Assembly (NCBI RefSeq): GCF_964204645.1
Contig: NC_134031.1
Span: forward strand, 7,130,001 to 7,194,000
From: Tubulanus polymorphus
Lineage: Eukaryota; Animalia; Nemertea
Reading direction: 5' to 3'
Length of the DNA stretch: 64,000 nucleotides
In this document: positions 49,801-64,000 of the stretch, one piece after another
Layout of the letters: every line of letters begins with the position of its first letter
How positions within the stretch are numbered: position 1 is the stretch's first letter
The notes under the pieces: model-generated
What the model saw: only the letters and a program-made list of their open reading frames with translations
The model's database searches: none
What the model was told of the DNA's origin: nothing
Translations under genes and position numbers: made by a program

Positions 49801-52800
49801 ATCGAATATTCTCTCGCAGTTGAATCGGACCTTTCAAAAAATGAAAAAACGCCCGGACGAAAAACCGTATACGCCACGTTCGGCAACGAAATCTACTCAG
49901 TGAAATTGAAAATTTGTTTTTGAAATGAAAGTTTCCGTGAATTCCAATTCCGTAATGGCAGTAGTGATGCTGGCGAACGCGCGCGATCTATGTTTGAAGG
50001 TTTGATGAAATCTTCCTGCTATTCGGCGCTCAGAGATTTCCAATTTTCCATTTATAAGTCCTCCGAATGTTTCATCCATCTAATTGGCCGTTCATTTTAA
50101 AACAGTTTATTCCTATCGGAGAACTACATATCGTGCCGTATCTTACTCAAATTACCCCCGCGTGTTTGGTCATTTTTGCGAATCTTTATATGCAGAGCCC
50201 GTCGGGCTGTATGTTTATAACGCCTTTTTAGAGCGTTCATTATTGACAGGTGGTACTCAAGCAGAAAGTCAAAAATATTCAACAATAAACCTATTTCGAC
50301 GACCATTATTTTTTTCAAAGCATCAACTTGTGTCATTCTATTCACGATTCTGTTCGCTATTTCATAGAACGGTCGTGAGTCGCGCGCAGCCGATTGTTAT
50401 TCGGTATATTCTATCGTTTTTCTAGAAAAGATATTTTCACGACTCATCGGTTCAGTTAGGTCTTTCAGCAACGACGGAATATTTTTTCGCGGAGATCATG
50501 AAATTGTCACCAGATTCCTCGAAACCAACTAATACCAAAATTTCTAAATGCAATTTATACATCGGAACGAATTGCTTTAGGGTCAGCTGTGATGATTAAT
50601 ACGTTCTTTTTGAATACGAACTGTTCAAACCCGCAGTTATCTGAACTGCACGCCACTTCGGTTAGACGGTGGCTATAGATACCACGCACGCGCAGGGTCC
50701 CGTTTCAGGCCTGATTAAGAAACCACGCGCACCTGAGAACCGGCTATTATATTCTAGCGCATTTCACAGTCTCTCCAAGCAACAACATTCCCGCGATCAA
50801 TTTATGAAATTAGATTTCCCTTTCAGTCGTTTGGCCACGCCCGACAGGGATCTGTCCCAAACACCACACGACTAAACAGATTGAAATTTGAGAATAGAAC
50901 CATTAGCGTCGCGTATACCTATGGCTCGGTCGTGCTTTTTTTCGTTTCGTTAATAATTCATCATTAATGTACATGCGTGTAAACCATATTACTGAAATAT
51001 CGTAACGGAAAAATGATGCATATAGGTTTCGGAAATAGAGCATTATAAGCGTATCTTATTTCAGTCATCGTATTTTATAGAAAGCAAGCGAGTGCTAATC
51101 AGTATACCAATAGAACAAGTCCACTTGACCAGTGGTCATACAACTTGTCCTAAAATGCGTACACTACTATCAAGTTAAAAAAAAATGAAAAAGTGTTTAA
51201 TGCGAATTAAATTGAAAATACCAAATTACCATGTTCAAGTTCAAGTTTATCATAGGATCCATGGAATTTAGGCTGCACACCCAAAAGTCCCATGCACCCT
51301 GACATCAAGATGAGATATTCCCTTATGATGTCTGCATCTAAATATCTTGGTCTGTCTACGTTATATTTCCCTTAAACACTTCTGAATTGTTTTTTCTCGG
51401 TTAAGATCTCGCAATCAGCAGGTATTCGAAATTGATATAATCGGTAATTAGGTAAAAGTTCACCGGGATAGCTGACATCTTTTTGAGGAACATTTAACCG
51501 AACCAGATGGGGTACGGATTGTTCTCAATTCTCTCAGGTTAGCTCCGAATTCAACCCGGTTCGAGTTGAATAAACACATATAAAACGGTTCTGAATGAAA
51601 CCAGTGATTAGCCACGTCCCCTCGGGGTGAACTACCATCACCAGGGGTTTCTCTGGTGTCTGCTATTAGTCGCCGAATTGTCGCTAACTTCTTGCCCGTT
51701 TCCCGTTGGTTGTGGGTTCCACTATTCGCCGTAATTGCAAGTTAGGCAGGTCGGGTAGTTATTATCCACGAGATACGCCAGGAAGTAAAAGGGGAAATAA
51801 AAATCGGTATGCAGATTAAAAGTAAACAAAGATTTCGCTTCCTCCAGGCATTATCCCTCTGCATCGCTTGAAAACGTGCAATCACTTTTGAAAATCTCAA
51901 AACTGAAGAAAAAAACAGGAAGAAAAGATGTCCCTACTTGATCGAAACCGGAAGTAAACAAATGTCAGCCTACTTCCTTGGGAATGCGGGGTGACACACG
52001 TGGACACGTGAACGAACAAGTCGGAACACGTGTCCAAAACATTTCACTTTCAATATCCCATTTAGAGATCGCAAAGTAAGAGTAGATCGCGAGGTCTTGA
52101 ACTTGATTCAAATAGAAAATACGGATTTACATACCTACTTGATTAAATGAATATCGATAGCATTATAACGGCCAATAATGTCACATGTCGGATATTTGTC
52201 AATATTTCTGCGGTGCTACGCGATGACCTTAAACGACCTGAGAAATTTGGACGCATCTGGCAATGTCTTATCTAGTTTGTCAACATTTTTCTTTTCAATT
52301 TCCACGTTACAGCTACGAAATGTTCCTTGCAGTGTCGGTCTATTTCATAGATAAAACGCACGAACCTGTCAATTTTCTGTGTCGTACTGGGAAGATTATC
52401 GTGCAACCATATTTCGTACATCTAATACTTCTTCTGGGATTTCTTTATTTACGGATGAATTTGTCATAATAACTCGTCAAACGAAACAAGTTTTCTCCGC
52501 ATATTTTGAATTGGTTTGTTTTCCTCTTCAATGATTCCAATATTGTTTGTTCGGTGTCGCTGGGATTCGGGGGCGAATTATGTGCGTGAGTGTGGTGTTT
52601 CGGGAGCTGGGTAGGTGAAATTGTTTCACCGAATTCGGATTTGTTTCGGTCGTCGGCGCGCTTTGATGTGATCTGATGTCGTAGTTGATAGATAGGTTGA
52701 CCCGGATACAAATGTAAGAAGGGCGTGGAGTTGCCTAATAACCCATAAACCAAACACACGTCGGGTGATAGATGGGTACAAAGCTATATCGTTGAATAAG

Positions 52801-55800
52801 ACCCCCGCATCTTCGAATCTGTTTTCCTGTTTCATAAAATAGAAACGATTCACGACGAAAAGGTCGCAGATGGGTTAACTCCCAATCGACAAATCGACGA
52901 CTATTGTTCGATTTAACTTTGAACTCGGTGAATTTGATTTGATGGATTTTTGGAATTGAAAAAAAACATCGAATTTTTGTTCTGTATATTTTGACGGATC
53001 CAGGTCGTGAACCGGTCTTTACTTTTGTAACAATAAGCTTTTTGAATTCGCTTGGCGATAGATGAGAGAGAATGCATTGTGAAAATGTAACATTTTACAT
53101 TGAAATGATATCAATTATCTAAACTGCTCGCGCTCTTCCTTTCACTCCGCACGCACACTCGCCGCCTCCTCCACTATCGTATTTCTTTGCCCTCATGTTA
53201 TTTCCAGTTTTCTCTCTCCCTGCCATTCCTACTACCTTGCCGATCCAGAGGCAAATTGTGAAAGACTTCAAATAAAAGCAATATTATGTGTACTTCGTAC
53301 TGTTATGAAGAACTTGTCACATCTCAAAAGGGCACTTTGATGTCCATAAAGGCAATATTATAGGGGCACTACCGCTATGAAATGCAACTACAAATCTGTG
53401 TTGACAAAATAGAAAAGGGCACTAAAAAATTTGATGATCTAGTGGAAGTCTCACAAAGGAACCGGCCGTGTTTTGCTCCAATTTTGTTTCAAATCAGGGA
53501 TATTATTCAACACAATATCAACATCAACAGATGCGGTGTCAGTGTCCATTCGATGATTATCTTTTACAGCATCATCATCATTTCATCCCGTGAGGACGCG
53601 CCGACTAACAGATGACACAGAGGCTGCCGAGGTGACTGGTACCATTAACGCGACAGTTATCAGCTATGATTCTCATCTATGATGATGTCTTTCATTCTGC
53701 AGGCGTTAGATTTGAGAAAATAGATTAAAGGAGACGTGCTTTACGTGTCTTAAAAAGTATCTTCCAGAAGGCCGGCCGTGAACACTTGAATTTCCATATA
53801 TATTTAGCCTATACATGAAATTTAATCATCCGACAAAGTGGATTGAATACTTCTGACGTTGCCTTTCACTGCGCATTGCCATGGGTTGGCTGAAAACAGC
53901 TCATTTTACAAGTGCTATGAATTTAAATAGCGCCTTTCACTTTGGTCTGTTCCCGCAGTTTCCGAACACAGTTGGTCCTTCTCATAAACATCGGCTTAAA
54001 ATCGCCGCCTCGTCTCGGAAAAAAATCAATTAATTTAAAATTCAAAACGTCCATCAAACAACAATAAACCGTGCCGCGTGGATCCCTGAACAGTTGGCAC
54101 GGTTCTAAACGTCTCTATGAAACTGGAAAATCGCGCTTTGACTTTAAAAACAAAATGGACATTTAATCCTCAGTTCCGCCTACTTTCACTGAATTCATTC
54201 GACATGTTTCATTGACTTCTATTCAATGTTAACTTGTTCTCGTTTTCAGGGTTTATTTGACCTGGTCGTTTCGGACAAAGGATTGTTATTTTAGATTAAC
54301 ATTTTTGATTTTGAGAATCTGTTATTTTGGACGGGTCAGGCCCAGCTTTTGACAACAGAATTTATGGATCTTCGTTCAAAGAAACATTTTTTTCTTTTTA
54401 AATTCATTTTCCACAGTTCGTTAGTTAACTAAAAAGTAAAATGTAATGGGTACCGCTATCCAAATATTTGATATCATTTTATATTGTTCTAAGGTGCTCG
54501 TCTGATGATATCGAATGAGTCAAAATTTAACTCTTGTTGAATTCCTTAACTCAGAATTAAGCTTGAACATTTGTTAGATTTAACTCTCAGCTAGCAAACT
54601 CATGAGTTGAAATTTTTCTCTAATAGGGTCAAAAGCTAACTTTAACTAAACTAAAAGTAAAATCGAAACGCGAACATCCAGAACTACCGAACAAAATCAA
54701 TCGAGGCTGATGGTCGCATTCTATGAAATGCGTATAAAAATCCTACAGTACAATGATTCACTAACTAAAATCTGTTATCCAGACTGAAATTTCTTTTAAT
54801 GTTGACAATTTTCTCAACTCAAACAACTCTCTCATGCCCGTTCATTTTCATTTCAGTGGGAAACTAATGGAAAAAGCCAGACGCTATTCAGACGCTATGA
54901 TAGATCATAATCAGTCTCATTTAAAGTCTTCCGTATTCGTGAAACCTAAAAATTCAGAAAGTTGTCCATTTACATTTCTTTTTATTTTCTGATATCGTAA
55001 TTGAAACAGGCATAGCAAGTAATTCATTTCTGAGAGAGCGAATCGAATTTGTGACACTAAGTTTCTGTACCAATAAATTGATCGCATCACTCATTATCTA
55101 AGCTTGCTAAGCCTTAACGTCTCATTGTTTTAGCTCACAAAAAGGGTAGACGTAAATTTTTTCTCAATTTTTCAAGTGAAAAATCAAATCATAAAAACTG
55201 TATCGTTGTTCTGTATACCAACCTATAAAGATTTTTTTTAAATAGTCGAATTTTCAGGATAACAGATTTTAGTTGTTGAATCATTATATATATTGTTGGA
55301 CTTTTACGGACACTTCATAGACCACGACTATAATCTCAATTGATTTCGGTCGTCCAAAATTTTTTAAATCCCCTAATTATTTTTTCAAAATGATGTACCA
55401 GCAAATCTCTACTACTGGTTGGTAAACAAACTATATGACGTCATGTGCAAAACCTCTATACCGCGGGTGTATTGATACAGTTATTCGTGGTTCCAACATA
55501 AACATATTACGTCACAGTCCCGTTCCTTCGCTTATCATCTCCGTGGGTTTTTTTTTATGTAACGACGCTGTAGGAAATAACAATTTTTGAAAACAAACAT
55601 GTATACGTATGTATGGGACTCGACGTCGTTTCCATAGAAACAACGTCAACGCATAGAGCTATCGCGAACGTTTCTATATCCTTCGTATAATGAAATGTGC
55701 CATGTTTTGCATATGATTTAGAACAGCCTGCGATACCGAATGATAACTAATTAGCATTATTACAGTTGTTAAGAATTCTCGAAATAAATTACCCGACAAA

Positions 55801-56040
55801 AATCAGTATCGAATATTCGAAAATGCTCTTTTCATCAACGATACTTGGCGAGAGTAGAACAGTAGATTTTTAATTTCACGCATGTTGAAGTGTTTAATAA
55901 GGATTTATGATCTGAAATATTCAAAGATTAGTCTAATTGATTATTAAGGCAGGTCGACGTGACTGAATTCAATACAGACAACTAAACTGCTGCGGTTTTT
56001 TTTAAGGAAAATGGTCAATTAATCCTTTTTTGACACTGGA

Positions 56041-56160
56041 CCTAGGATACATTTCACAAAAAGGATTAACTCTAAAATCGATTTATCATGAATTGAATTG
56101 ATTAAGAAATTAAATCGAATTGATTGAGAGTTAATCCTTTCTTGTGAAACTGGACCCAAG
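56041..56160. mobile_element. Short palindromic MITE
   Basis: tttcacaaaaaggattaactct ... agagttaatcctttcttgtgaaa inverted pair. Confidence 0.6.
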
Positions 56161-56935
56161 GACTAGTTGTTGCTGATATACAAGGCCAGTGTTAGATTAT
56201 AGGTTAAGTGCGTTACTAAGACCGATTTTAAGCTGAGCTATTTTGGATTCGACTGGGCCTTCTTTCTTAAATCTATCCCCTCGATTTAGAGTTTAGAATA
56301 ATCCAGAACGCGCATTGTAAAGCGTCAATTCAGCATTTTATTATCAAGCGATACAGTGAAATGTCGGGGTTTTAATTCGAAGTTTGATTGAAAATTTGTA
56401 TTTAGACGCACTGAATCGAGAAAAAATGAATTCTATAAACGAAATGACGTTATTGCCTTTATGAATATGGGAGCCAGTATAAGCTCTAACGATTGTAATG
56501 CTATCTTAGTCACGGGTGATTTGAAATTCACGCTTTTTGTGTCAGCGTCCTAATGCTCCGTTTATCCGAGCTTGAAATTCGGGTATTCGAACAATAAATC
56601 CGCGCTGTTTAATTTTAATCCGACTAAACTCGTCTTTTACCCGACAACTGTTAAAATGACTGAAACACATGGTAGCCGAATTACTCCCGCTGGGGAGCCG
56701 CGCTGCTGTCTGGGTTCAGTTTTAAGCCCTCGTGCGTACCTTGTGATCTATCCCCCAAACGCAATATGTTGCGCAAGTGTCTGTTCAGGACCCAAAAGCT
56801 TTTAGTATTTTTAATCAATTTGTATCATCCCCCGATACCTTCAGATAGCTTAGTCTCTATGGGTGCTGTCGTCGGGATATCTCGATGATATGAAATAATT
56901 TTGGCATTCAACCAAAACTACTTTTACATAGAATC

Positions 56936-57134
56936 CAGGGGCGGATCCAGACGAGTGAAGGTAGTGTTTTTTTTTTCAAATTTTTGATAGATAAATTTAT
57001 AGTTTCACACAGTTGCTATAACGTGGATAATGAGACCAGATCCTGAAAAGTCACTAAGATAAGTCCAGAATTTCGAAATTTTCTGGGAGACACTCCCAGA
57101 CCTTCCCTACTGACCCTTTGAAAAGACACCCCTG
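56936..57134. mobile_element. CAGGGGCGGATCCAG MITE
   Basis: Left TIR intact, right end gacacccctg; interior homologous to 17363-17686. Confidence 0.65.
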
Positions 57135-57939
57135 AAATTCGTACTTTCTGCTGAAATCGTTGATCAAGTTAGGAAACGCTCAATGACAATTATATGGCTC
57201 ATCTTACGGGTTTGAAGACGTCGGTTAAAAACGGCAGATAAATAATTCTAAACACCCACGCTCTACACAACCGTTTGACGGCCCAATTTACGTTTACATG
57301 TACGAATAGTTATGACGTCAAACGTTGAGCACCGTAATTGATTCTTGGTGCTCGGTTTTTATCAGTTGAGTCATCTGTTAAGTCGTATACGGGTATTATT
57401 ATTCATTGACTTGTCTACGCGCATTTACATAATCCATCGCTTTCACTTGTGAGTGAAGGGGTCAACGGAGACTAATTACTACGCCGATGCTGCTCGATCG
57501 AGTCGGCAGTGTAAGAGGGGACGTTAGAATCAGTCACAGTTTTTTTTGTCTCGGTCTACTCGTCTTTTTAAATGGCACTAAAAGTTAAGATTAACTACAC
57601 GTCCCGACACAGATGGCTCGTGCGAGGTATTACCATAACAGCGTCTAATCAAACAATCCCCTGAATTTTTAATTCGAGAGTTAATGTGTTAATCCTGGGA
57701 CATGTTCGTTAAATTACTGGCCATATTTTTTGTGAATGGTCAGTTTTGTGTCCGCCGATTTTCTAAATGGTCTAATGTAGGTTTTTTTATGCATGGCTAA
57801 TGGTGCTAATTGTCCGAAGATTTATGGGCTCGGGAGTGAATACTGAGGGATGCCAATCCGTATATAAATCATGGCCAATCGTGTGTCCAACCTGACTTTA
57901 GAAAAAATCGCTCAACTTTTACATCAAAAATTCATGTAA

Positions 57940-58140
57940 GGTGTGTTCGTACTATACGTCTAACTTGGAACAAATTTAGGCTGGTATAGATTTTATACCA
58001 ACCTATATTTGCTCCAATTTGGAACCGACCAAGCGTTCACACTTGCAAAAGTCTGTTCCAAATTGGTCCGTTCCATTTTAGACCGGTCCAATATGGATCG
58101 ACCTAAAAAGCCGTTCCAGGTTCCAGTACGTACTCTATTA
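57940..58140. mobile_element. Degenerate palindromic repeat/MITE with an internal 24-bp hairpin
   Basis: Repeated ttggaac/gttccaa units; hairpin at 57965-58016. Confidence 0.45.
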
Positions 58141-61100
58141 TACATATATACGTATGTTAAACTATGGATCATATTGATCGTCAAAATGGTAGTTAAACGA
58201 TTAAAGCTCGGAAGCAGTAGACAACTTTGGTTTCGTAATGTTGTGATGTGTATTTCATATCGTCTATTATCGGTGGTTTTCGCTTTATTCGTTGAATTCG
58301 GTTTCGAATTGAATCGTAATCGTTCAGTGTTGATGAATTTTGTCATTTGAGATGTCAGTTTCTCATACCTCATGTTAATCAGTTGCGCTGGAAGATTAAA
58401 CCATACGTATACTATTTATGTTACACCCAGCAAACCGATCATCGGTTCTGTTTCACTATAATTATTAAGAACGCCCAGTTCTGCTGTCCGAGGTTTTATT
58501 TCAAATTCTTTATGTACTCTATGATGCGAGTTTATTCGCATTTCGCTGAATTGTTTGATAGTTAACTTGGTTCATTCATTCTCTGTTGTAGATCTGAAGT
58601 GCTCTTCGATTCGCCATTGTCTGTTGTTTGTTTCAAGTACAGTTAAGATTAGAATTTATAGCGTCTTTAATGCCAGCGTTTATTTAACGCCAACATCTTT
58701 TAGGAAAAAATTGCTCCATCTAACTCAAATTCAACGCAAATACGTTATAACGCCATTTTTCCTCTGTTCCAATGGTGGCGTTATAAAGGACTTTTACTGT
58801 TTAATATACCTCTCTCCCAGACTCTCATCCAGACGAATCTACCCCTGTCCCCATCTCTATTTCTCCCTTACACGGTCTCCCGTTGCTGCTGGTGACTGCT
58901 GCTATTGCTGCTGCCGCCGCCGCTGCTGCTGCCAGTCTCCTTTGGGAACAATCTATAACTCTCGTTGCGTCCATTTAGTCGCATTAACTTGATTAGTTAG
59001 AACTGTATAGTGAATGGATCTGAATGTTTCATTAGGATAAAGTGTCTCGGCAATTGTGTGCGAATGGTTATTTTAATATATACCACATTGCCGGTACTAA
59101 GCGCCGGCATATCCCCCCTATTTTCCGGATAGACAAGGGAATATCAGATTTACAGCCATTAGTCAAGATGACGAAAGGTGTTTTTGCGGCTATTACGAAG
59201 TCATTCTGACTCGGCTGGTTCCCGGGAGCTCGGGCGTTACTCGCTCGAAATAGACAGCAGTCGAAACTGAATTTGCCTAAAACTGCAATCATAGTTTATC
59301 ATCCTCCACCCAAAAAATAAGCATAATCGCGCACTGTTGGCGACATGTTGGGCAGGCGTCTGGTGCGCGGTTGAGAAACCAGTTGATGTTTTCACCACCC
59401 CCTGATTTCACAGAACAGCAGCGTCGACTGTTCAAAATCAGCGTTATCACATGTAACACACAGCATCCATCAACGTTTCCGGTAAATCTATGATCCGATT
59501 ATTTATGACATTTAATCCGGTTTTATTTTACTCTCAGATCGGATTAGCGATAAATCGCTATCAATTCTAAGCCTGGATTGTTTCAGGCATTCGGGGGGTA
59601 GTGACATGAGGGATCGTGACACGGCGTCGAGAGGCTAAAATCAGGCCGGTGTGTCATACATACTTTGTGACTGAAAAAAGTGTGTATGTGCATCTGAACA
59701 ATCAGCGAGTCTGAAACATAATAGTTTTTCTTTCACTATCGTTTATTCCGAATTGCAAAAAAAAATATTTTCCTCCTCTGTTGGATTTTCCGAAATCAGG
59801 TGGATAAATGGAGCGGAACAATAGGCGACAAATCATTTCTTCCGTATCTTTTTTTATGATAAAAAGTGACAAGTGAATTTTGCAGGAAGCCGATGGCAAG
59901 ACATTACAGTCGGATTATCTTTTATACAGCCGTCGATTTACCCTCTAATTCCAGGTAATGCTGTCCTCCCTTGTCCGCCTTCCTTTTAGCTTAACAGGCG
60001 CTTAATAATTTTAGATGGGACTAAATACAACGCGGAAACAGACAGTTTGATCCGACTACATGCCCGACAGTCGTCCGCGCACGTGTGTATCCCTACGCGC
60101 ACGTGCGTACGCGTAAATTCCGTGCAAGATGAAACTGCGAAGCGTAAACAGGATTTTTGTATCTTTTTCTAGGTTTTCGACGACTCGTGTCTGGTCATAA
60201 TGACAGCGATTTTTATTCATGACAAAATCGTCTGCGACACTGATGTTAGCACGTGTACTGATTCGTGTTGTCCATCTGTTCACTTTGCTCCACAATAACC
60301 CGACCACATTGTTGCGTTTACAGCATCTTTGTGCGCGTATTCGAATCGAAAATAATTTCAATAAACAAAGGCAACAAATACGATCTATTGATATGTATGT
60401 CTAGTCGGAAATTGGTGAAATGAAATGAACAAGACTCCCGTAGTGCGACAAGTCTAAGCAGAAATTACGATATAACATATTCCATCCCAAGACTTCTTGA
60501 ATCATAAAAAAAAGATGCAAAATATAATGATAATGAAAAGAAAATTAATGAAATTCCTTGGTAATTTCAAAGTTTACATGGACTCTGACGTCACAATTAT
60601 TAGCCATAAGATATGATACCTGATTGTTTCTCCAAATCGGCCATGTTAGTAAACTGCGATAAAAGTTACAATCAGCTCATTTACCGGGTCTGTTATGGCT
60701 AGCTTCATCGTGATTTAAAAGAAGCAATGTACAGGGTAGATAGGCAGCCGGCTGGGGCAAGCTGGCTATCAGCTTGATGATACGGTGCCGCCCCCAGGTG
60801 CCACACGAATATATTCGTAGGTTGACACTGGAGCAGTTACATAGTCAGCCTTTGCTCGAAATTGACCAATGAGCATTGCGAATGAAGCAGAGTTAGTCCA
60901 TATTGCCAGCCAACCGGGAACTGTGTGCCCGAGTGCAGATATCGTATCGTAAATATGAAGAATTTCTACGAAAATAGTAGCCGGTACCGGTGACAGAACC
61001 GGAAGTACGAGTTAATTCGTAGCTGACACTCAATGTGTTAGAAAGCTCAGCAGATATGAGAAACAAGGAATCAATTTTTTAGCCTAAAATTACGAGGTGA

Positions 61101-61643
61101 CGTCGAAATAACTATAAACAACATATCCTCTCACTTCAGGATAAAAATTACGCAATGGTCGCCGGAGTTTTTACTTCTAGGATTTGACGTTTGGGTTGAG
61201 GAACTGACTGATTAAAACTCGCCTGCTACACTGCTATTTCTCTCCCTGTCTCTCTCTCTGTTTCGTTCTCTCTCATCTGTCGCGGTTCTTTTCGCAGATC
61301 TGTAAAAATCCTCACGTACACTATACACCCATCCCTAATCCCTCAATGGGTAAAGATAAAAGACGTTTCCATGGTTACAACATCGGCAACCGAGTTTTAA
61401 TTAATTACAGAGTTGTAGAAATCCGTAGCAATTTTCCGCTCGTGTTATTTTTGTGTCAATGAAAACAAAAAAAGCCGTCCTCGAGTCTCGGAACCACCGT
61501 CGCATCGAAATACAGGTATTTTTACTTAGTTGGGACTTCGTGTGTCGAAATATCTGACTTAATTATGTAAATTTGCTGTTAAATCAACGAATGAAATGTA
61601 TAGATATGGTATGATTGTGTAATGATGTAAGAAATTGTACAGG

Positions 61644-62330
<687 letters not shown>

Positions 62331-64000
62331 CGAACAGTGGGATAAACCGAGAATCAAGAAAATCAAAAAGAAGACAAATGTCTTAACCAAAACTATTATC
62401 GTCTTCTTGATTTCCAAGTCTGTTCCGAGTATAAACCGATGAGTTAAAAGTCTTGTAATAATTTTATTAGTACACTGGAGAATAAAATGTCATTTAATCG
62501 GTTTATGAGAAAATGCGTCGTTCTTTTTTCACACGTTAGATTATTTGCGATATCTCGTGAGATTTGAAAACTTTATTCGTTTCATTAAACACGATAACAC
62601 TTCGTCTTACGGCCGCCATATTGACCACAATTTTATACCTTTTTCTATCAGACGTGAGTTTTCTACGACGCTGACTTTCTCGCTTCGTTCGCGCTAATTC
62701 GCAGCCCCCGGGGACATATTTCTTTAAAGACGTCCTCGACACGTTGCCGATGGCGTGTGCTCGCCCAAACACCTCAATTACTCAAGGAGCTTACGCTGAC
62801 AGTATGAATTGAAATCTCGCCTTAATACCATTGTTGCGTATCTTAGCCGCACGTGCATAGACGGATGCGCTGGCGATATGACGGGTGTCCGAGACGCATT
62901 TTAACAAAAAGATACTTCAATGATTTTAACTTTTCGCTAAAGACGTTAGATTATGGTGAAGAGTACTCGCTTTTCTTACTAATTATTTTCTTGTACGGGA
63001 TTAATGTAACCGAGTATGGCTGGACGGGTTGCCGCGTGTCGGTTACCCGCAGTTTCCATCTGTAGCTACGTACGTCTCTACTTCACGCACCATAGAACAA
63101 TCTCGATGAATTTTGACATTTGACCCCCAACGCGGCGGCTGTGTGAAAACCTGCGACAGTTTGGTACAGAACTTGAAAACACACCGAGTCCTTACATCGC
63201 CCTACCGTACTTTCGACAGATTGGCTAAATTTGATTCTGGAGCTAGATAACGAAAATGAACCATTTCAAATGTCCAGTCCGACAACATACAATTTCTAGA
63301 GGTTCTTGAAGATACAGCGCGTCATATTGACCGTCGATTGTGACTCTCAATGACGTGTTAACAATGTCTCGAAAATGTTTGGTTCTAACGCGCGACCTGG
63401 TAGATGACGGGGGCTTGAGTATTGTATGACAGTCGTTGATGCAGCTTATTGATTTCCTTGAAAGTTAATATACAAATGAAGGAAAGAAAGAAGACTGTAG
63501 TACGTACCTTACAAACAACCTTGAAATCGGAGCAAATTACCATAACTACATGAAACGATGTGACGTACCACGTCAAAAAAAACAATTCATCATCTAGACT
63601 GGGCTGGTTTTTAAACGGGTAAGATTAGTTATGATCGGAATGGCTCGTTCGACAATGGACAACTCAGACATAGACTTTCACTAAACCGTACGTTTGCTCA
63701 TGACATGTAAATCCACGCGTTTGACATACAAATCGGTACTTTCATTTAACGAATATTCGGTTCCAGTTTGTTCGATATTGCGCCGATTTGTGTCAGTAAT
63801 CAAATTGAGAATATACGAATGTGGTGAAGAAAGGTTACGGATCTGGTAGAGAGAACTCAAATCGTTGTTTTACCGGAATTAGCAGGGAACACCGGGGAAA
63901 TCGAAACCATCGATAAATTGCGTCCTATTCGAATCGAATAAAAAGCGACGACAAACGATTCAATCAGAGAGGCGTCTAAGCGTGTGAACTCCTGGTCATT

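Noticed and set aside
52330-52790. Minus-strand 104-aa ORF and its in-frame continuation contain KICGENLFRLTSY and CTKYGCT, superficially like insulin/relaxin B and A chains
   Set aside because: Three of the six canonical cysteines are missing, a TAA interrupts the frame, and there is no signal peptide or ATG. Probably chance; an HMM search against the insulin family would settle it.
57993-58992. Several 110-145 aa ORFs
   Set aside because: No recognisable domains or splice framework; they overlap a palindromic repeat and CT/GCT low-complexity tracts.

Overview
AT-rich, intron-containing animal genomic DNA, most likely an invertebrate bilaterian (protostome/spiralian by inference; the species cannot be determined here). 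Spliced models were built by hand from GT-AG junctions and phase checks. (1) At 1-1613 on the minus strand is the 5' part of a gene with an RGGxRxGAGRK motif and a ZNF653/ZNF692-like N-terminal helical motif. (2) It sits head-to-head with a 15-coding-exon plus-strand gene (2748-9701, about 666 aa) that looks like an invertebrate orthologue of the synaptonemal-complex protein SIX6OS1/C14orf39; their shared promoter carries an E2F/CDE-CHR element. (3) A minus-strand LIM-homeobox gene Lhx3/4 (common exons 13141-16648) has two strong and one weaker candidate alternative first exons (20371-20530, 46416-46536, 32416-32437), each with its own TATA box. (4) Inside the roughly 30 kb distal first intron lie a rhodopsin-class GPCR broken by one in-frame TGA and a NAT8/camello-like acetyltransferase pseudogene with a tandem 5' fragment. 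(5) No gene was recognised in 46.5-64 kb, which looks like Lhx3/4 regulatory flank with MITEs, a LINE remnant and microsatellites. No prokaryotic systems or CRISPR arrays are present.
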